A stretch of 64,000 nucleotides of DNA, from NCBI RefSeq assembly GCF_004010195.1, contig NC_057720.1, forward strand, positions 15,516,430 to 15,580,429, given 5' to 3'. Below, one piece after another: positions 1 to 12,354 of this stretch. This DNA comes from Chiloscyllium plagiosum. Lineage: Eukaryota. Within the stretch, counting starts at the first letter, position 1; each line of letters opens with the position of its first letter. The notes under the pieces were generated by a model. That model saw only the letters and a list, made by a program, of their open reading frames with translations. It did no database searches and had not been told where the DNA came from. The position numbers and the translations under genes are program-made.

Positions 1-179
1 TCTGCATTTTAACCCAATGTCCTCTTCTGAAACATGACTTGCAAATGCCCGAATTTGCTGCACACTGTCTTGGCGAGTGAGGAAAAACACATCTCAAACA
101 AGATTTCGATGTTCATCGAATCTGTTAACAGACGTAGGAGAGGGAACGTGATGTCAGTCTGCTACAATTGATTTTTTCT

Positions 180-367
180 AAGTTAAAAATCACACAACAT
201 CAGGTTATAGTCCAACAGGTTTAATTGGAAGCACACTAGCTTTCGGAGCGACGCTCCTTCATCAGGTGTAAGCTAGTGAGCTTCCAATTAAACCTGTTGG
301 ACTATAACCTGGTGTTGTGTGATTTTTAACTTTGTACACCCCAGTCCAACACTGGCATCTCCGAATC
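180..367. mobile_element. Short palindromic PLE-derived insertion (family B)
   Basis: Inverted arms of about 63 bp (180-242 / 270-332) plus a 35-nt unpaired tail (333-367). 12-bp TSD TTGATTTTTTCT at 168-179 and 368-379. Same sequence family as 38491-39382 and 32597-32670. Confidence 0.85.
233..269 (-). ncRNA. Minimal type I hammerhead ribozyme (family B)
   Basis: Minus strand reads ACAC-CUGAUGA-A-GGAGC-GUC-GCUCC-GAA-AGCU-A/GUGU: stem I ACAC/GUGU, core CUGANGA, stem II GGAGC/GCUCC, GAAA, palindromic helix III AGCU, and NUH triplet CUA. Confidence 0.85.
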
Positions 368-382
368 TTGATTTTTTCTGGT

Positions 383-497
383 ATTCATTTGTGGGGTATG
401 GGTGTTGTTGGCTGACCAAAATTTACTGCCTGTTCCTAGTTGCCCTTGAGAAGGTGGTGGTGAGCTGCCTTCTTGAACCACCTGCAGTCCATGTGTC
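383..497 (-). mobile_element. 3' end fragment of CR1-like LINE (LINE-X)
   Basis: Reverse complement matches the 3' end at 54335-54445 (ggttcaagaaggcagctcaccaccaccttctcaagggcaa...). Confidence 0.65.
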
Positions 498-1779
498 GTA
501 CGTTGACCCTGAAGGAGGTAATTTGACATCTGCTTTGCATGTACGTCCTTCATCTAGTCGAGCTTTAGTAGTATATTTTGTAGGTTTGTCCCAAAGTGCC
601 CTTTGACAGGCAAGGTGCAATATCTAGTTCGATAAGCCTTTCAGCTCAGTAAGGTGAAATCACAACCTGTTCCTTTGCAATGACATCTGCCTGTGAACTG
701 GACGATCATTTCACCTGGATGTCTGTGGTATGGCATATGGTTGAAGCCTGCGTGTGTGGAAATGAACTCAAACTTTAAACTGATCTTTCAAAATCTGAAT
801 TTTTTGTCACCCTCAGAAGCACTGGAGGATTTTATCTTTTTTAACTCTTCAGTGCCCAAAATGAAAAGAATATTGACAGCCTGACATTTGTTCTTTCTCA
901 GCTGATAGTTTCTTTATTTTAATAACTGAAGTTCTGACAGAATGTCAAATAGGTGCGAATCCATGGTCAGATGTTTGCTTTCCAATTTGCTTATGTGTGT
1001 TTATGTACTTTAAAATGTAAGGGGGAGGGTGATGACATAATAGGAGCTGGACTAGAAATCTAAAGACCTTGATAAAGTTCTGTGGCCTATGTCTGTATCT
1101 GACTGTGAATGATGGTGGAACTTGAATTCAATAAATATCTGAATTAAAAGTCGAATGGTGATCATGAAATGGTTGCCATAAAAACACACCTAGTTCTCGG
1201 ATGTCCCTCAAGGAAGAAAACCTGCCGTGTTTCCCTGGTCTACATGCCTTCACTGCTCTTTGAACTGTCTGAAAAAACAATTCCATCACAATAACTGCTG
1301 AAAGTCTCAAGAAAAGGAATAAATCCAGATGGACCATCGGCAATGACAAAATCAACAAAAGCAACCACAGCGCTGTTGACCCTTGCGGACAAAGTTGGGA
1401 AAGATGAATAAAGAAATAGCCTGATATAGTCATACTCACTGAATCATTACACACAAAGTCCCAGGTAACAACATCTACACTACTAGGCATGTCCTGTCCC
1501 ACTGGTAGGACAGACCCAGCATCGGTTGTGGCACATTCGGGAGGAAATTACCCAGAGAGTCATCAACATTGACTCTGGACCCCGTGAGCAAAACAAATCC
1601 TGCTGATTAGTATGTACTGCTCTCCCTCGATTGATGAATTGATACTCCTCCATGTTGAACAACACTTGGAGGAAGCACTGGGAGTTCCAAGGGCTTAAAA
1701 TGTAATCTGGGTGGGACATTACAATGTCCACCACCAAGACTGGCTTGGCAGCAACACTACTGACCAAGCTGGTCAGGTC

Positions 1780-2024
1780 TAAAGGACATAGCTGTCAGGC
1801 TGTGTCTGCGGCAGGAGGTGAGAGAACTAACAAGAGGGAAAACACACACTTGACCTCATCCTTACCAATCTGTTACCTGCACATGCATCTATCCATGACA
1901 GTAAAGGACATAGCTGTCAGGCTGTGTCTGCGGCAGGAGGTGAGAGAACCAACAAGAGGGAAAAACACACTTGACCTCATCCTTACCAATCTGTTACCTG
2001 CACATGCATCTATCCATGACAGTA
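1780..2024 (+). repeat. 122-bp tandem duplication inside LINE-X
   Basis: The unit taaaggacatagctgtcagg...atccatgacag starts at 1780 and again at 1902. The copies are nearly identical. Confidence 0.9.
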
Positions 2025-2937
2025 TTGGTAAGAGTGACCACCGCACAGTCTTTATGGAAATAAAGAATACCCTCCATTGTGTTGTGTGGCACTATCACCA
2101 TACTAAATAGGATACACTTCAAACAGATCTAACAACTCAAGACTGGGCATACAAAAAGCATTGTGGGCCATCACCAGCAGCAGAATTAGACTCCAACAAA
2201 ATTGGCTACCTCAAGGCCTGACATATCACCTACTCTTGCCATTACCATCAAGTCAGGGGTTCAACCTGGTTCAATGAATAATGTAGGCAGGCACCACCTA
2301 AATCTAAACTTGAGGAACCAACCTGGTAAGGCTGGAAAACAGGACTAATTCCATGCTAAAAGCATCAGCAACAAGTCATTGACAGAGCTATGCAATCCTA
2401 CAACCAAGAGATAAATCTGCACTCTGCATCCCTGCTACATCCAGTTGTGAATGGTGGTGGACAATTAAACAACTCACTGAAGGAGAAGGCTTCACAGACA
2501 TCCCCATTGTTAATGATGGGACATTGCAACAATTTTCAGCCAGAAGTACTGAGTGGGTGATCCATGTCGGCCTCCTCCAGTGGTCCCCAGCATCACAGAT
2601 ACCAGTCTTTAGCCAATTTGATTCACTCCACTTGATATCAATAATTGGTTGGAGGCACTGGATACTGCAAAGACTACGGGCTCTGACAGCATTATGGAAA
2701 AGATCCTGAAGACTTGTGCTCCAGAACTTGCCGTTCCCCTAGCCAAGCTGCTCCAGTACAGTTACAACACTAGCATCTCTCTGACAATGTGGAAAATTGC
2801 CCAGGTATGGCCTGTAAACAAAAATCAGGACAAATCCAACCCAGCTGATTACCACCCCATCAGTCTACTCTCAATCATCAACACCATCATCAAGCAGTAC
2901 CTGCTTAACAATAGCCTGCTCAGTGATGCCCAGGTTT

Positions 2938-3060
2938 GGGGCTATTGTGTTGCAGTGGAGGTGTCCCTATCTCTGAGTCAGAAGAACCTGGGTTCAAGTG
3001 TTACCTGTTCCAGAGGTATGTATTAACATTGCTGAACAGGTAGATTTGAAAATGTCTAAA
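2938..3060 (+). mobile_element. Short tRNA-derived SINE (SINE-Y) inserted in LINE-X RT
   Basis: A-box-like TTGCAGTGG and B-box-like GGTTCAAGT. It interrupts the AQ|FGF RT motif. Reverse-complement copies lie at 19098-19341. Confidence 0.6.
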
Positions 3061-3687
3061 AATCTGCTCAGCTTTGGTTCTCTCAAGGCCTTTCTGCTCC
3101 TGACTTCATGACAGTCTTGATCTGAACATGGACAAAAGAGTTGAATTCCAGAGGTGAGGTGAGAGACACAGCCCCTAACATCAAGGCTGCAGTTGATTGA
3201 GTTTGGCATCAAGGAGCCCTTACAAGGAGCCCTGATGTCAATGAATATCAGGGACAAAATCTCCACTGATTGGAGTCATGCATGGCAGATGGGAAAATAG
3301 TTGTGGTATTTGGAGGTTAGTCATCTCAGCTCCAAGATCCAACGGAGTTCCTTAGGGTAGCATCCTTGCCCAACCATCTTCAGCTGCCTCATCAATGACC
3401 TTACTCCATTATAAGGTCAGAATTGGGAATGTTCGCTGATGATTGCACTATGTTCAGTATCATTCATGACTCCTCAGAAACTGAAACATTCCAAATGTAG
3501 CAAGACTTGGACATTTTTCCAGGTTTGGACTGACATGTAGCAAGTACCATTTCCACCATACTAGTGTACTGCTAACATTACCGCCAGCATGATTTCATCA
3601 ATGGTCTTCTGCATGTTCATCCACATAAAATATATCACAGAGAATCAAAGTCTTCTTTAGTCATATATGTGGTGCCACCTGTCAGGA

Positions 3688-3955
3688 GGCATGGTGGCTC
3701 AGTGGTTAGTACTGCTGCCTCACAGTATCAGGGACCTGGGTTCAATTCCAGCCTTGGGTGATTGTCTGTGTGGAGTTTGTATGTTCTCCTGGTGTCTGTG
3801 TGGGATTTTCCCAGGTGCTCTGGTTTCTTCCCACAGTACAAAGATGTGCAGGTTAGATGGATTGGCCATGGGAAATGCAGGGATAGGATGGGTGTGGGGA
3901 AAATGCTGTTTGTAGATTAAATGGTCTGATTCTACACTGTAGTGATTTAATGATT
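3688..3955 (+). mobile_element. HE1-like tRNA-derived V-SINE
   Basis: A box TGGCTCAGTGG, B box GGTTCAATTCC, central ctgtgtggagtttg...ggtttc body, CR1-like tail. Confidence 0.85.
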
Positions 3956-4198
3956 TACAACACTAACTGTTTACAATGTCACAGACTGGATTCTATGCTG
4001 AGTAATGTTACTGTACTTTACACATACTAACTTATCTTACTATGTTACCTCTTACCCAGGGAGTGACTGAAGGTGAGGCAGGTACCTTTATATTGAAAGA
4101 CCACGTTTCAGGATGTCAGGTAGACTATCTGGAATCTGTGCCGCAGTACTCTGGGTCCAATTCCTTGTTGAGTTGTGTGGAGACTGTTCTATGTTTAT

Positions 4199-4509
4199 GA
4201 TTAGATTCCCTACAGTATGGAAACATGCCCTTCAGCCCAACAAGTCCACACCGAACCTCCGAAGAGTAACCCACCCAAACCCCTTTTCCCCTCTGACTAA
4301 TGCACCTAACACTATGGGCAATTTAGCATGGCCAGTTCACCTAACCTGCACATCTTTGGACTGTGGGAGGAAACCGGAGCACCCGGAGGAAACCCACGCA
4401 GACACGGGGAGTATGTGCAAACTCCACACAGACAGTCGCCCGAGGTTGGAATTGAATCTGGGACCCTGGTGCTGTGAGGCAGCAGTGCTAACCACTGAGC
4501 CATCATGCC
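4199..4509 (-). mobile_element. HE1-like V-SINE
   Basis: Reverse complement has A/B boxes, V-domain and a gggaatctaatc tail. Confidence 0.9.
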
Positions 4510-4864
4510 ACCCAATAGCTATTCCCCTTACATTAAAGGCCAACATTCCATTTACTTTCCTAGCTACTTGCATCAACTGCTTGATAACCTTTTGTGTCAT
4601 GTATAAGGACTCCTTGATCCCACTCTACTTCTACAATGGCACACATTTTTAATGATTTGGTTCTAGTTTGAAAGCACTGCTCCTGAACTCAGCATGCAAT
4701 ATTCTCTATATAAACAAACAAATCATTGAGATCAGAAAAAAATCATTCTAGTGTCTTGGTCTTGGCTGTACAAGAGTGTTCAAGTGTACAGAATGCTTAT
4801 ACGCTGCCGTACAATCTCACCATTGAGAAGATGTTTGATTGTGACATTAATGAGAATGAAAGAC

Positions 4865-5890
4865 TGAATTTATACAACACTTTTCATGATCTCAGGACAG
4901 TCCAGAGTCCATTTGCAGCTAATGAGGTAGTTTCACAACTGTTTTACTGTTAGAAATGTGGCAGCCAATTTGCGCACAGCAATTTTGCAATATAGCAATA
5001 AACAGACATCTTTTTCAGTGATGTGAGTTGAGAGATAAATATTGGCAAGGACACTATTGTACAGCACGGAAACAGACCCTTTGGTCCAACTAGTCCATGC
5101 TGACCATGTTCCAACCAAACTAGTCCCACCTGCCTGCATTTGGTCCATATCCCTCCAAACATTTCCTGTTCATATACTTATCCAAATGTCTTTTAACTGT
5201 ACCTGCATCCAACACTTCCTCTAGCAGTTCATTCCTCATACTAACCACTCCTGGGTTAAAAAAATTGCCCCTCATATCATTTTTAACCCTTTCTCCTGTC
5301 ACTTTAGTTTTGAATGTTCCCAAAAAGACCCTTGCTATTCACTTTATCCGTGCCCCTAATGATTTTATAAACCTCTATAAGGTCACCTCTCAACCTCTTA
5401 GACTCCAGTGAATAAAGTCCCAATCTATCCAGCCTATCTTTATAACTCAAATCCTCTGTTCCCAACAACATCCTGGTAAATCTCTTCTAAACCGTCTCCA
5501 GTTTAATAATATCCTTCCCATAACACGGCGACCAGAATTGGACACAGTACTCCAGAAGAGGCCTCTTCAATGTCATGTAGAACCTCAACATGACATCCCA
5601 ATTCGCAAGGACTGAGAAAGGACTGAGCGATGAAGGCAAGTGAGCTAAACACCTACCCAACCACCTTATCGATATGTGACACAAGTTTTGAAGAATTAGG
5701 TACCTGAACCCCTCGGATCTGAAGTCATGTCATGGGATCTTTTACATCCATCCGAGATGTAGAGAACACTTTGGTTTAAAGGGTCATCTGAAAGACAGCA
5801 CTACTGCACTCCTGGAATGAAGAGAAAGCCTTGGTTATGTGCTCATTCCTTTGAAGTAAGACTTGAATCCACAATCTTCTCATTCACAGG
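4865..5890 (-). mobile_element. Old Deu-domain-like SINE split by a CR1 fragment
   Basis: Reverse complement contains gtctttcagatga, ggatgtaaaagatcccatg and gctgtgcgcaaattggctgcc, which resemble the DeuSINE core as I recall it. The CR1 fragment at 5058-5715 lies inside it. Confidence 0.55.
5058..5715 (-). mobile_element. CR1 (HER1-like) 3' fragment
   Basis: RPLLEYCVQFWSP motif and a 3' UTR shared with the other CR1 copies. Confidence 0.85.
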
Positions 5891-5969
5891 AATGCATACA
5901 AACTGTGGGTTTGTAGGACAAAGACCTCCAGGTGCCTTTTTGCAGGAGAATAAAAAGTTAACCACCATT

Positions 5970-6830
5970 GTAAGAACAAATAGCACAGGAACAGGCCTTT
6001 TGGCCCACCAATACTGAGCCAATCCATGGTGCCTCTATGTGATCCGTATCCCTCTCTCCCTGCTTGTCAAGATGCCTCTTAAACCTTGAGATTGTATCTA
6101 CCTCCAGCACCTTCCCTGGCAGCGCGTTCCAGGTACTAATGACCCTCTGTGTAAAAAAAAGTTGCCTTTCACAAATCCTTTAAGTTTACCCCCTTTTACC
6201 TTAAACCTATGTCCCTGAGTAATTGACATTTCTACCCAGGAAGTAAGACTCCAACTATCCATTCTCTCCATGCCCCTCCTAATTTTGTACACTTCTATTA
6301 GATTGCCACTCATCCTTCGACATTCAAATGAAAACAAACTAGGTTTGTTAAATCTCTGCTCCAAACCATGCAATATCATGGTATACTGTTTCTGTGCCTT
6401 GTCCAAGCCTCCACATCTTCCTCAGAGTGTGCCGAACAGAACTGTAAACAATATTCCAAATGTGGTGTATATAAAGTTCAATTCTGCTGCAACAAGACTT
6501 GTCAATTTTTATACTCTATGCCCCGGCCGATGAAGGCAAGCATGCTGAACGCCTTCTTGACCATCTTATCACTTGCGTTGCTACTTTCAGGGAGCTATGG
6601 ACCTGTACACCTCGATTTCTGCCATTTACTGTACACTTCCCTTCTGCATTAGATCTCTAAAAATGCATCACCTCACATTCGTTTGGATTAAGCTCCATTT
6701 GCCATTTCTCTGCTCACATCTCTAGTCTATCTATATCCTGCTATATCCTCTAGCAATCTTTCTCACTATTTGCAGTTCTCCCAATCTTTGTGTCATCCGC
6801 AAATTTACTAATCAGGCCACTTACATTCTT
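5970..6830 (-). mobile_element. CR1 3' fragment
   Basis: ISKFADDTKIG and RRMSGNLIEVYKI motifs. Confidence 0.85.
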
Positions 6831-7729
6831 CTCTGATGTAGTCAGGAGGTTCAGTGTCATTAGTCCAATTGAAGGACTCTCCAGGAAAGTGAGAGGTTTT
6901 CTTGTGCTTTCCTGATTATTAACAGGTACATGTACAAATAGAGAGCCATTGCACCTTGAATCTGCAGAGGCCACTGTCCCGATGTAATAATGCTAGCATA
7001 TTACTTTATTTCGCCCTGTTGTACCACTCCCTGAACTGGCTGTTTCCCATGCAGCAGAGAGAACAAAGGAAACAGCAGTGATTCTAATTAGGTGTGTGCT
7101 TTATACTGTTATTACAGCTATTTAAGTTTTCTTTGCATTTTGTGTATCTAGTTATTTTGAACCCATCTGCAGCACCACTAGTGAAAATAATTCTTTTAAT
7201 TGGGAACCTTTCCTTTGGGTTAATAAGATGATGAAAAGAGATACAATACAAACATGTAATGGAGTTTCAAGGTTTTCCAGATGGCAATTTGGAACGTACA
7301 ATTGTCTTCATGTGGATTACCTAAAGATGTTTACTCTAACCTCAAGGACAAGCCTGGATTCCATTGGCCTACCTCTAAAATCCTGTCTTCACAGCAATGG
7401 TGACCTATTGACAGTGATGAACCATGACTCACATCCATGTAGACGGAGCCTCTCTGCTTTCTCCTACTTGTGAACCCGGTTGACAGCCAGAAGCCAAGAT
7501 CAAAGAAAATACCCGAACCTCTGAACCTATAATGTTTCTAGTGGAAAAAATATGTCAATATGTTCCTCCTTTAAGCAATATGCAGTCAAACCATACAATG
7601 GCTCCAAGAGTTAGAACATTGCAGCATTAGCTTTTGCTAGATAGAGAAAACAATTACATTTTTAAAAATATACAAATATTAATATACCGTATTGATATGA
7701 AGCATCAATGATAAGTCAGAGAATTGGAA

Positions 7730-8160
7730 AAATCTTAATACAATACTTGAAATTATCCTCATCCTGTTCTGAATTCCATGTATATTAAAAAGGCAATTTT
7801 AACAAATACTGATACATACTGATGTTGTAAAAGGATTATGGCTGCTGTTACATATTTTATGGAGCTGTCTCTTGATTAATACTTTCTGGAATGGTTGTCT
7901 TAAGGCTATGTCTGAAATTGTCAAGCTCCAGATCCCCATAGACCCTTGGCTGATTATTTCAGGTGACTCAATGCAGATCTTTTGCCAATCCAAAGAGAAA
8001 AACAATGGGGATAGTTATGACAGTAATTATGATGGGGAGACGTACTTTTCTGAAACACTGGGGAGACGTCCCCTCTAACCTGATGTTCAAAGAACGAATC
8101 ACCTTGGAACTGAAGCTTGTGTACACGTTTGTTCTACAGAATAACAAGAAGCCATGAGGT
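7730..8160 (+). mobile_element. Ancient L1/Tx1 ORF2 C-terminal remnant
   Basis: LLHILWSC..NTFW..LKAMSEIVKLQIPIDPWLII resembles the C-terminal zinc-knuckle region of the L1 at 61700-61900. Confidence 0.55.
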
Positions 8161-8930
8161 ATTTCCACTAATGCAGCATAGTATGGATTACTTTTAATAG
8201 GCAGATGGCTTATGCAAGTTAGGACTGTGGGCGACAATTTCAAAATGTGAAATCTCTTTCTGCTTATATATTGTTCAAACCCTCAAAAGTGTTGTAAATG
8301 ATAGAGTTCACACAATTTCTGTTAATTTGTTTGTATCCTTAACACAAGTTACCTTGAGCAAATATTTCTTTTCTCCCTGCCCAATAAAAAAGATGAGCAA
8401 GGATAATGGATACAGAGCAATAAACCCATTTATTCCATAATGCCTGATGGAACTCTGGGAAAACAGCCACAATTCTGCCAAATTATCAGTAAAAGGCACA
8501 ATAATAGGTATATCAGAGTTATGACAAGCAGAATTACCTTGAATTAATATTGATCTTTGATGAATAAATAGATCTGAAGCTATTTATCCATCCTACTCTT
8601 ATATTCTTTCAACACTATTTTCTCTTTTTAACCTATCCTCATATTGACTTTGAAGAGCATTATCACCTTCCCTGCCAGGCAGTCATGAATAAAGATAACC
8701 ATGCAGATGTTCTTGTTTAATTCCCTTCCAGTGCCATCTTTCTTTCAGTTGGCTAAGGCACCAGACTGCCTACTAATGGGTGTCTTATGATGTACATGGG
8801 ACTCTGGCACCTACTCAGTCATGTTTGCCTCTGTATCTCCATTGATTTAGCTCCTAACGAGTTCAGTTCAGAGAGCTCAGCTTTCATGCCTTTATCTGAG
8901 TTTAAAATATTAACCTCAGAATCAATAAGA

Positions 8931-9270
8931 GGGAGGTGATGGCCGAGTGGTATTATCACCAGACTGTTAATCCAGAGACCCATTTAATGTTCTGGGGACC
9001 CAGGTTTTTATACTACCATGGCAGATGGTGGAATTTGAATTCAGTAAATTAAAAAAAAAAGCCTGCAATAAGGACTTTAATCTATTATCGAAAAAAAACC
9101 CACCTGGTTTACTGATGTCCTTTAGGGAAGGAAGCTGCCAACCTTACCCAGTCTGGCCTACACGTGACTCCAGACCCACAGCGATGTGGTTGATTCTTAA
9201 CAATTATGGATGGGCAATAAATGCTGGCCTAGTGAGTGATGCCCTCATCCCGTGAATGAATAATAAAAAA
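8931..9270 (+). mobile_element. tRNA-like-headed SINE (SINE-X) with LINE-X-type 3' tail
   Basis: Head TGGCCGAGTGG, body gatggtggaatttgaattca, tail gggcaataaatgctggcc...tgaatgaataa. Related copies at about 20035-20310, 25385-25710 (minus) and 30090-30410. Confidence 0.75.
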
Positions 9271-9896
9271 GAAGTCCTCCATTCTTAATCGGATGGAAAA
9301 CTCAACCATGTCATGGTCACTGTTTCCTCGAGGTGCCTTAGCTCTGAGGTCATTAATTATTCCTATCACATTATACATTACCAAATCAAATATAATCTGC
9401 TCTCTGGCAACTTTGGCCAAAAGAATATAAGATTTAGCTCTCCGTTTTTATTCCTGACATTAGATTCAGAGGTCAACTTATCCTTTGATCTCTCCTTGGT
9501 GCTTGCTATAAACTTGCATCAAATGTAGTTGACATTTTTATCCTTTTGCTGCTTCTCCATGAACTATTCTGTGAGGTCAAGCAATATCGCTGCACAGTGA
9601 GTGACAGCAGTGGAAATTATGAAGTGGATTTTAAGAACCCGGGAGGGGAGCTGAAGGGGACCTGAAGGAATCATTTTGAAGGTCCAGTGCGACTTGAATC
9701 CTATATATCCCTCCTGGCCAGCTGCCCACTTCAAATGAGGAGAAGTTGACGGATCCAAGCCTGTGAACCTGGAAGATGCCTAATTGCATGTGAGTGCAGC
9801 AGGATATGAGGAGGAGTGGGTATTGTGGATGGGAATTTGAGTGTACTTTGGGGTGGTAAGGGCTCAGATTTGCTTGTGCTGCCTGGAAGGCTTCTC

Positions 9897-10036
9897 ACCA
9901 CTCACTAGAATCTGAAGTGAGAGAATCCTGGAAGGCATTCCTAATGAAGGGCTTTTGCCTGAAACGTCGATTCTCCTGCTCCTCAGGGATGCTGCCTGGC
10001 CTGCTGTGCTTTTCCAGCACCACACTCTCAACTCAC
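9897..10036 (+). mobile_element. PLE-derived short insertion (family C) with decayed HHR
   Basis: attcCTAATGAagggcttttgcctGAAACGTCgatt. TSD AGGCTTCTC at 9888-9896 and 10037-10045. Confidence 0.75.
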
Positions 10037-10442
10037 AGGCTTCTCCCCCTGCCAGATATGCTTTCAGAAGTTGCTCATTGCTCAATGACAGTAACTCTCC
10101 CACTAACCCACTAACCTTTCCTTTCTAACTATCCAGCCCAGTTACATGCTTGCCCCCTTTCAATTGTGTTGTCTGCCAATTGATGGTTCTTAGTCTGGGT
10201 TGACTTCATCATCACCCTAACCCTAATGATCACTGCCTCCTCAATGTTACACTACTGTTGATTGAATTACTTGGCCCAACTCATTTGCAACAACCTCATT
10301 AAGAGTTCACCACTCACTAGAATCTGAAGTGAGAGAATCCTGGTCTTGGCAGGAGGAGAGTGGGACTGCTCTTGTAGGACTGCAGAGACACCCATGTCCC
10401 GCCAACTGAGTCCCACTCTTCATACATCCACTGCAGCTCTCC

Positions 10443-11665
10443 ATAAGACCATAATGTATAGGAGCAGAATTAGGCCATTCAGCCCATTGAGTCTGCTCTG
10501 CCATTTGATCATGGCTGCTATGTTTCTCAATCCCATTCTCCTGCATTCCCTCTGTAACTCTTGATCCCATTATTAATCAAGAAACTGTCTTAAATACATG
10601 CAATGAGTTAGCATTCACAGCCCTCTATGGGAATGAACTTCACAGACTCACCACCTTCTAGCTGAAGAAATTCCTCCCCATCTCTCTTGTAAAGGGCCAT
10701 CCCTTCATCCTGAGGTTGTACCCTCGAGTCCTAATCTCTTCGACTCATGGAAACATCTTTTCCAGGCCCACTCTATCCAGGCCTCTCTGTATTCCGAGTG
10801 TTTCAATCAGATTCCGCCCCTCCATCCTTCTAAACTCTACAGGTCCAGAGTCCACAACTGCTCTTCATATGAAAAGCCCATCATCCTCGGGATCATTCTT
10901 ATAAACTGACTCTGGACCCTCTCCAACACCAGCACATTCTTCCTTAGATACAGGGCCTGAAAGTGCTCACAATATTAGACATGTTGGCTGACCAAAGCCA
11001 CATACAGCCTCAGCAGTACATTGCGGCTCTTGCATTCATGCCCTCTTCAAATTGCATTTGCCTTTCTAACAGGTGACTGAACCTACATGTTAACCTTAAG
11101 AATCCTTAACTAGGACTCCCAAATCCCTTTGTGCTTCAGATATCCGAAACCTTTCCCCATTTAGAAAATAATCTCTGCCTCTATTCTTCCTACCACAGTG
11201 TATAATCTCACACTTTCTGATTGTTTTACATCTGTCACTTCTTTTCCCACTGTCCGAGCCTGTCCATGTCCTTCTGCAGTCCCCTGTCCTCATCACTACC
11301 TGCCCCTCCACCGAGCTTTGTGCCATCTGCAGACTTAGCAACGATGCCCTCAGTTCCTTTGTCCAGATCGGTAATGCGGTGCCACCACAGACCTCTGATG
11401 AACTCCACTGGCCACCAGCTGCCATCCTGAAAAAGGCCCCTTTATCCCCAGTCTCAAATAATCCTCTATCCATGCCAATACCTTGCCTCTAATACCATAG
11501 GCTCTTGTCTTATTTAACAGCCTCCTGAGCAGCACCTTGCCAAAAGCCTTCTCAAAATCCAAATAGATCATGTCCACTGACTCTCTGTTGAAATTGCTCA
11601 TTATTTCCTTGAAGAATTCTAACCGATTTGTCACGCATGACCTCCCTGTGGTGAAGCAGTTCTGA
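10443..11665 (-). mobile_element. CR1 truncated copy
   Basis: GRSCVTNRLEFF..DMIYLDFEKAFGKV motif and a CR1 3' UTR with ccataag-type terminal repeat. Confidence 0.85.
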
Positions 11666-12354
11666 CACAGCCCTCTCACAGTTACCCTGCCGTTAGAGTC
11701 ACTGGCTAAGATACCATCCTTCCCTTGTGCCTGCAGATACTAATGGGGATATTCATCGCAGAAACCTGTTCCACCAGAAGCCAACTCCTTGACATCTGAG
11801 GATGAGCGTACTGAGGCATCAAGCAAGGTTACCTCCTGCAGTACCCCAGCCCCCAGCCTACCCTGCTCAGATACTGACACCTTGGGGGGAAGGTGACATT
11901 TTGGCATCACAAGTCCAGGTACCTGTTCAGCACCAGTTAGTAGAGGACCCTGTGGTGTCGGCAATCAGGGACATTTTCCACATGCACAGGAAGGAAGAGG
12001 AAAGGAGACTGTGGCACTCATTGACCAGAGGTTGCAGGGGGTTCAGGACACCAATGGAACCAAGCTGCCTCAAGTATGTAACCCCCTGGCTGCATCAATG
12101 AACAGATTGATGAGTGATGTGGAATGCCAGGCCCAAACCCCTCAGGGTCTGCTGGAGAGGTCCACACTCCTGCCTTCCAGTGTCTCAGTCATTGATTCTC
12201 AGGATTGAAGTCATGGCAACAAGGCAATGGAGTACTGGGCACATGGTCCAGGTGCCCTTTCCTGATGAGGAGGTGGGGCAATGCCAGGAAGCACCCACCT
12301 AGAGGGAAGGCCACACATCACGCCCTCAGAAATCTAAACTTAGGACACTTCACT

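Larger units (their letters stand above)
1020..3565 (+). mobile_element. Degraded CR1-group LINE (LINE-X, distinct from HER1-like CR1), APE + RT
   Basis: EN motifs PDIVILTES and TRGKNTLDLILTN..GKSDH. RT motifs KTCAPELAVPLAKL, DYHPISLLS, INDL and MFADD (about 3430). Many stops and frameshifts. The 5' ~240 bp resembles the SINE-X head. Confidence 0.8.

Noticed and set aside
180..332. DNA-transposon MITE interpretation of the palindromes
   Set aside because: The asymmetric tail, 12-14 bp TSDs, hammerhead motifs and linkage to PLE RT/GIY-YIG fit a retroelement origin better.
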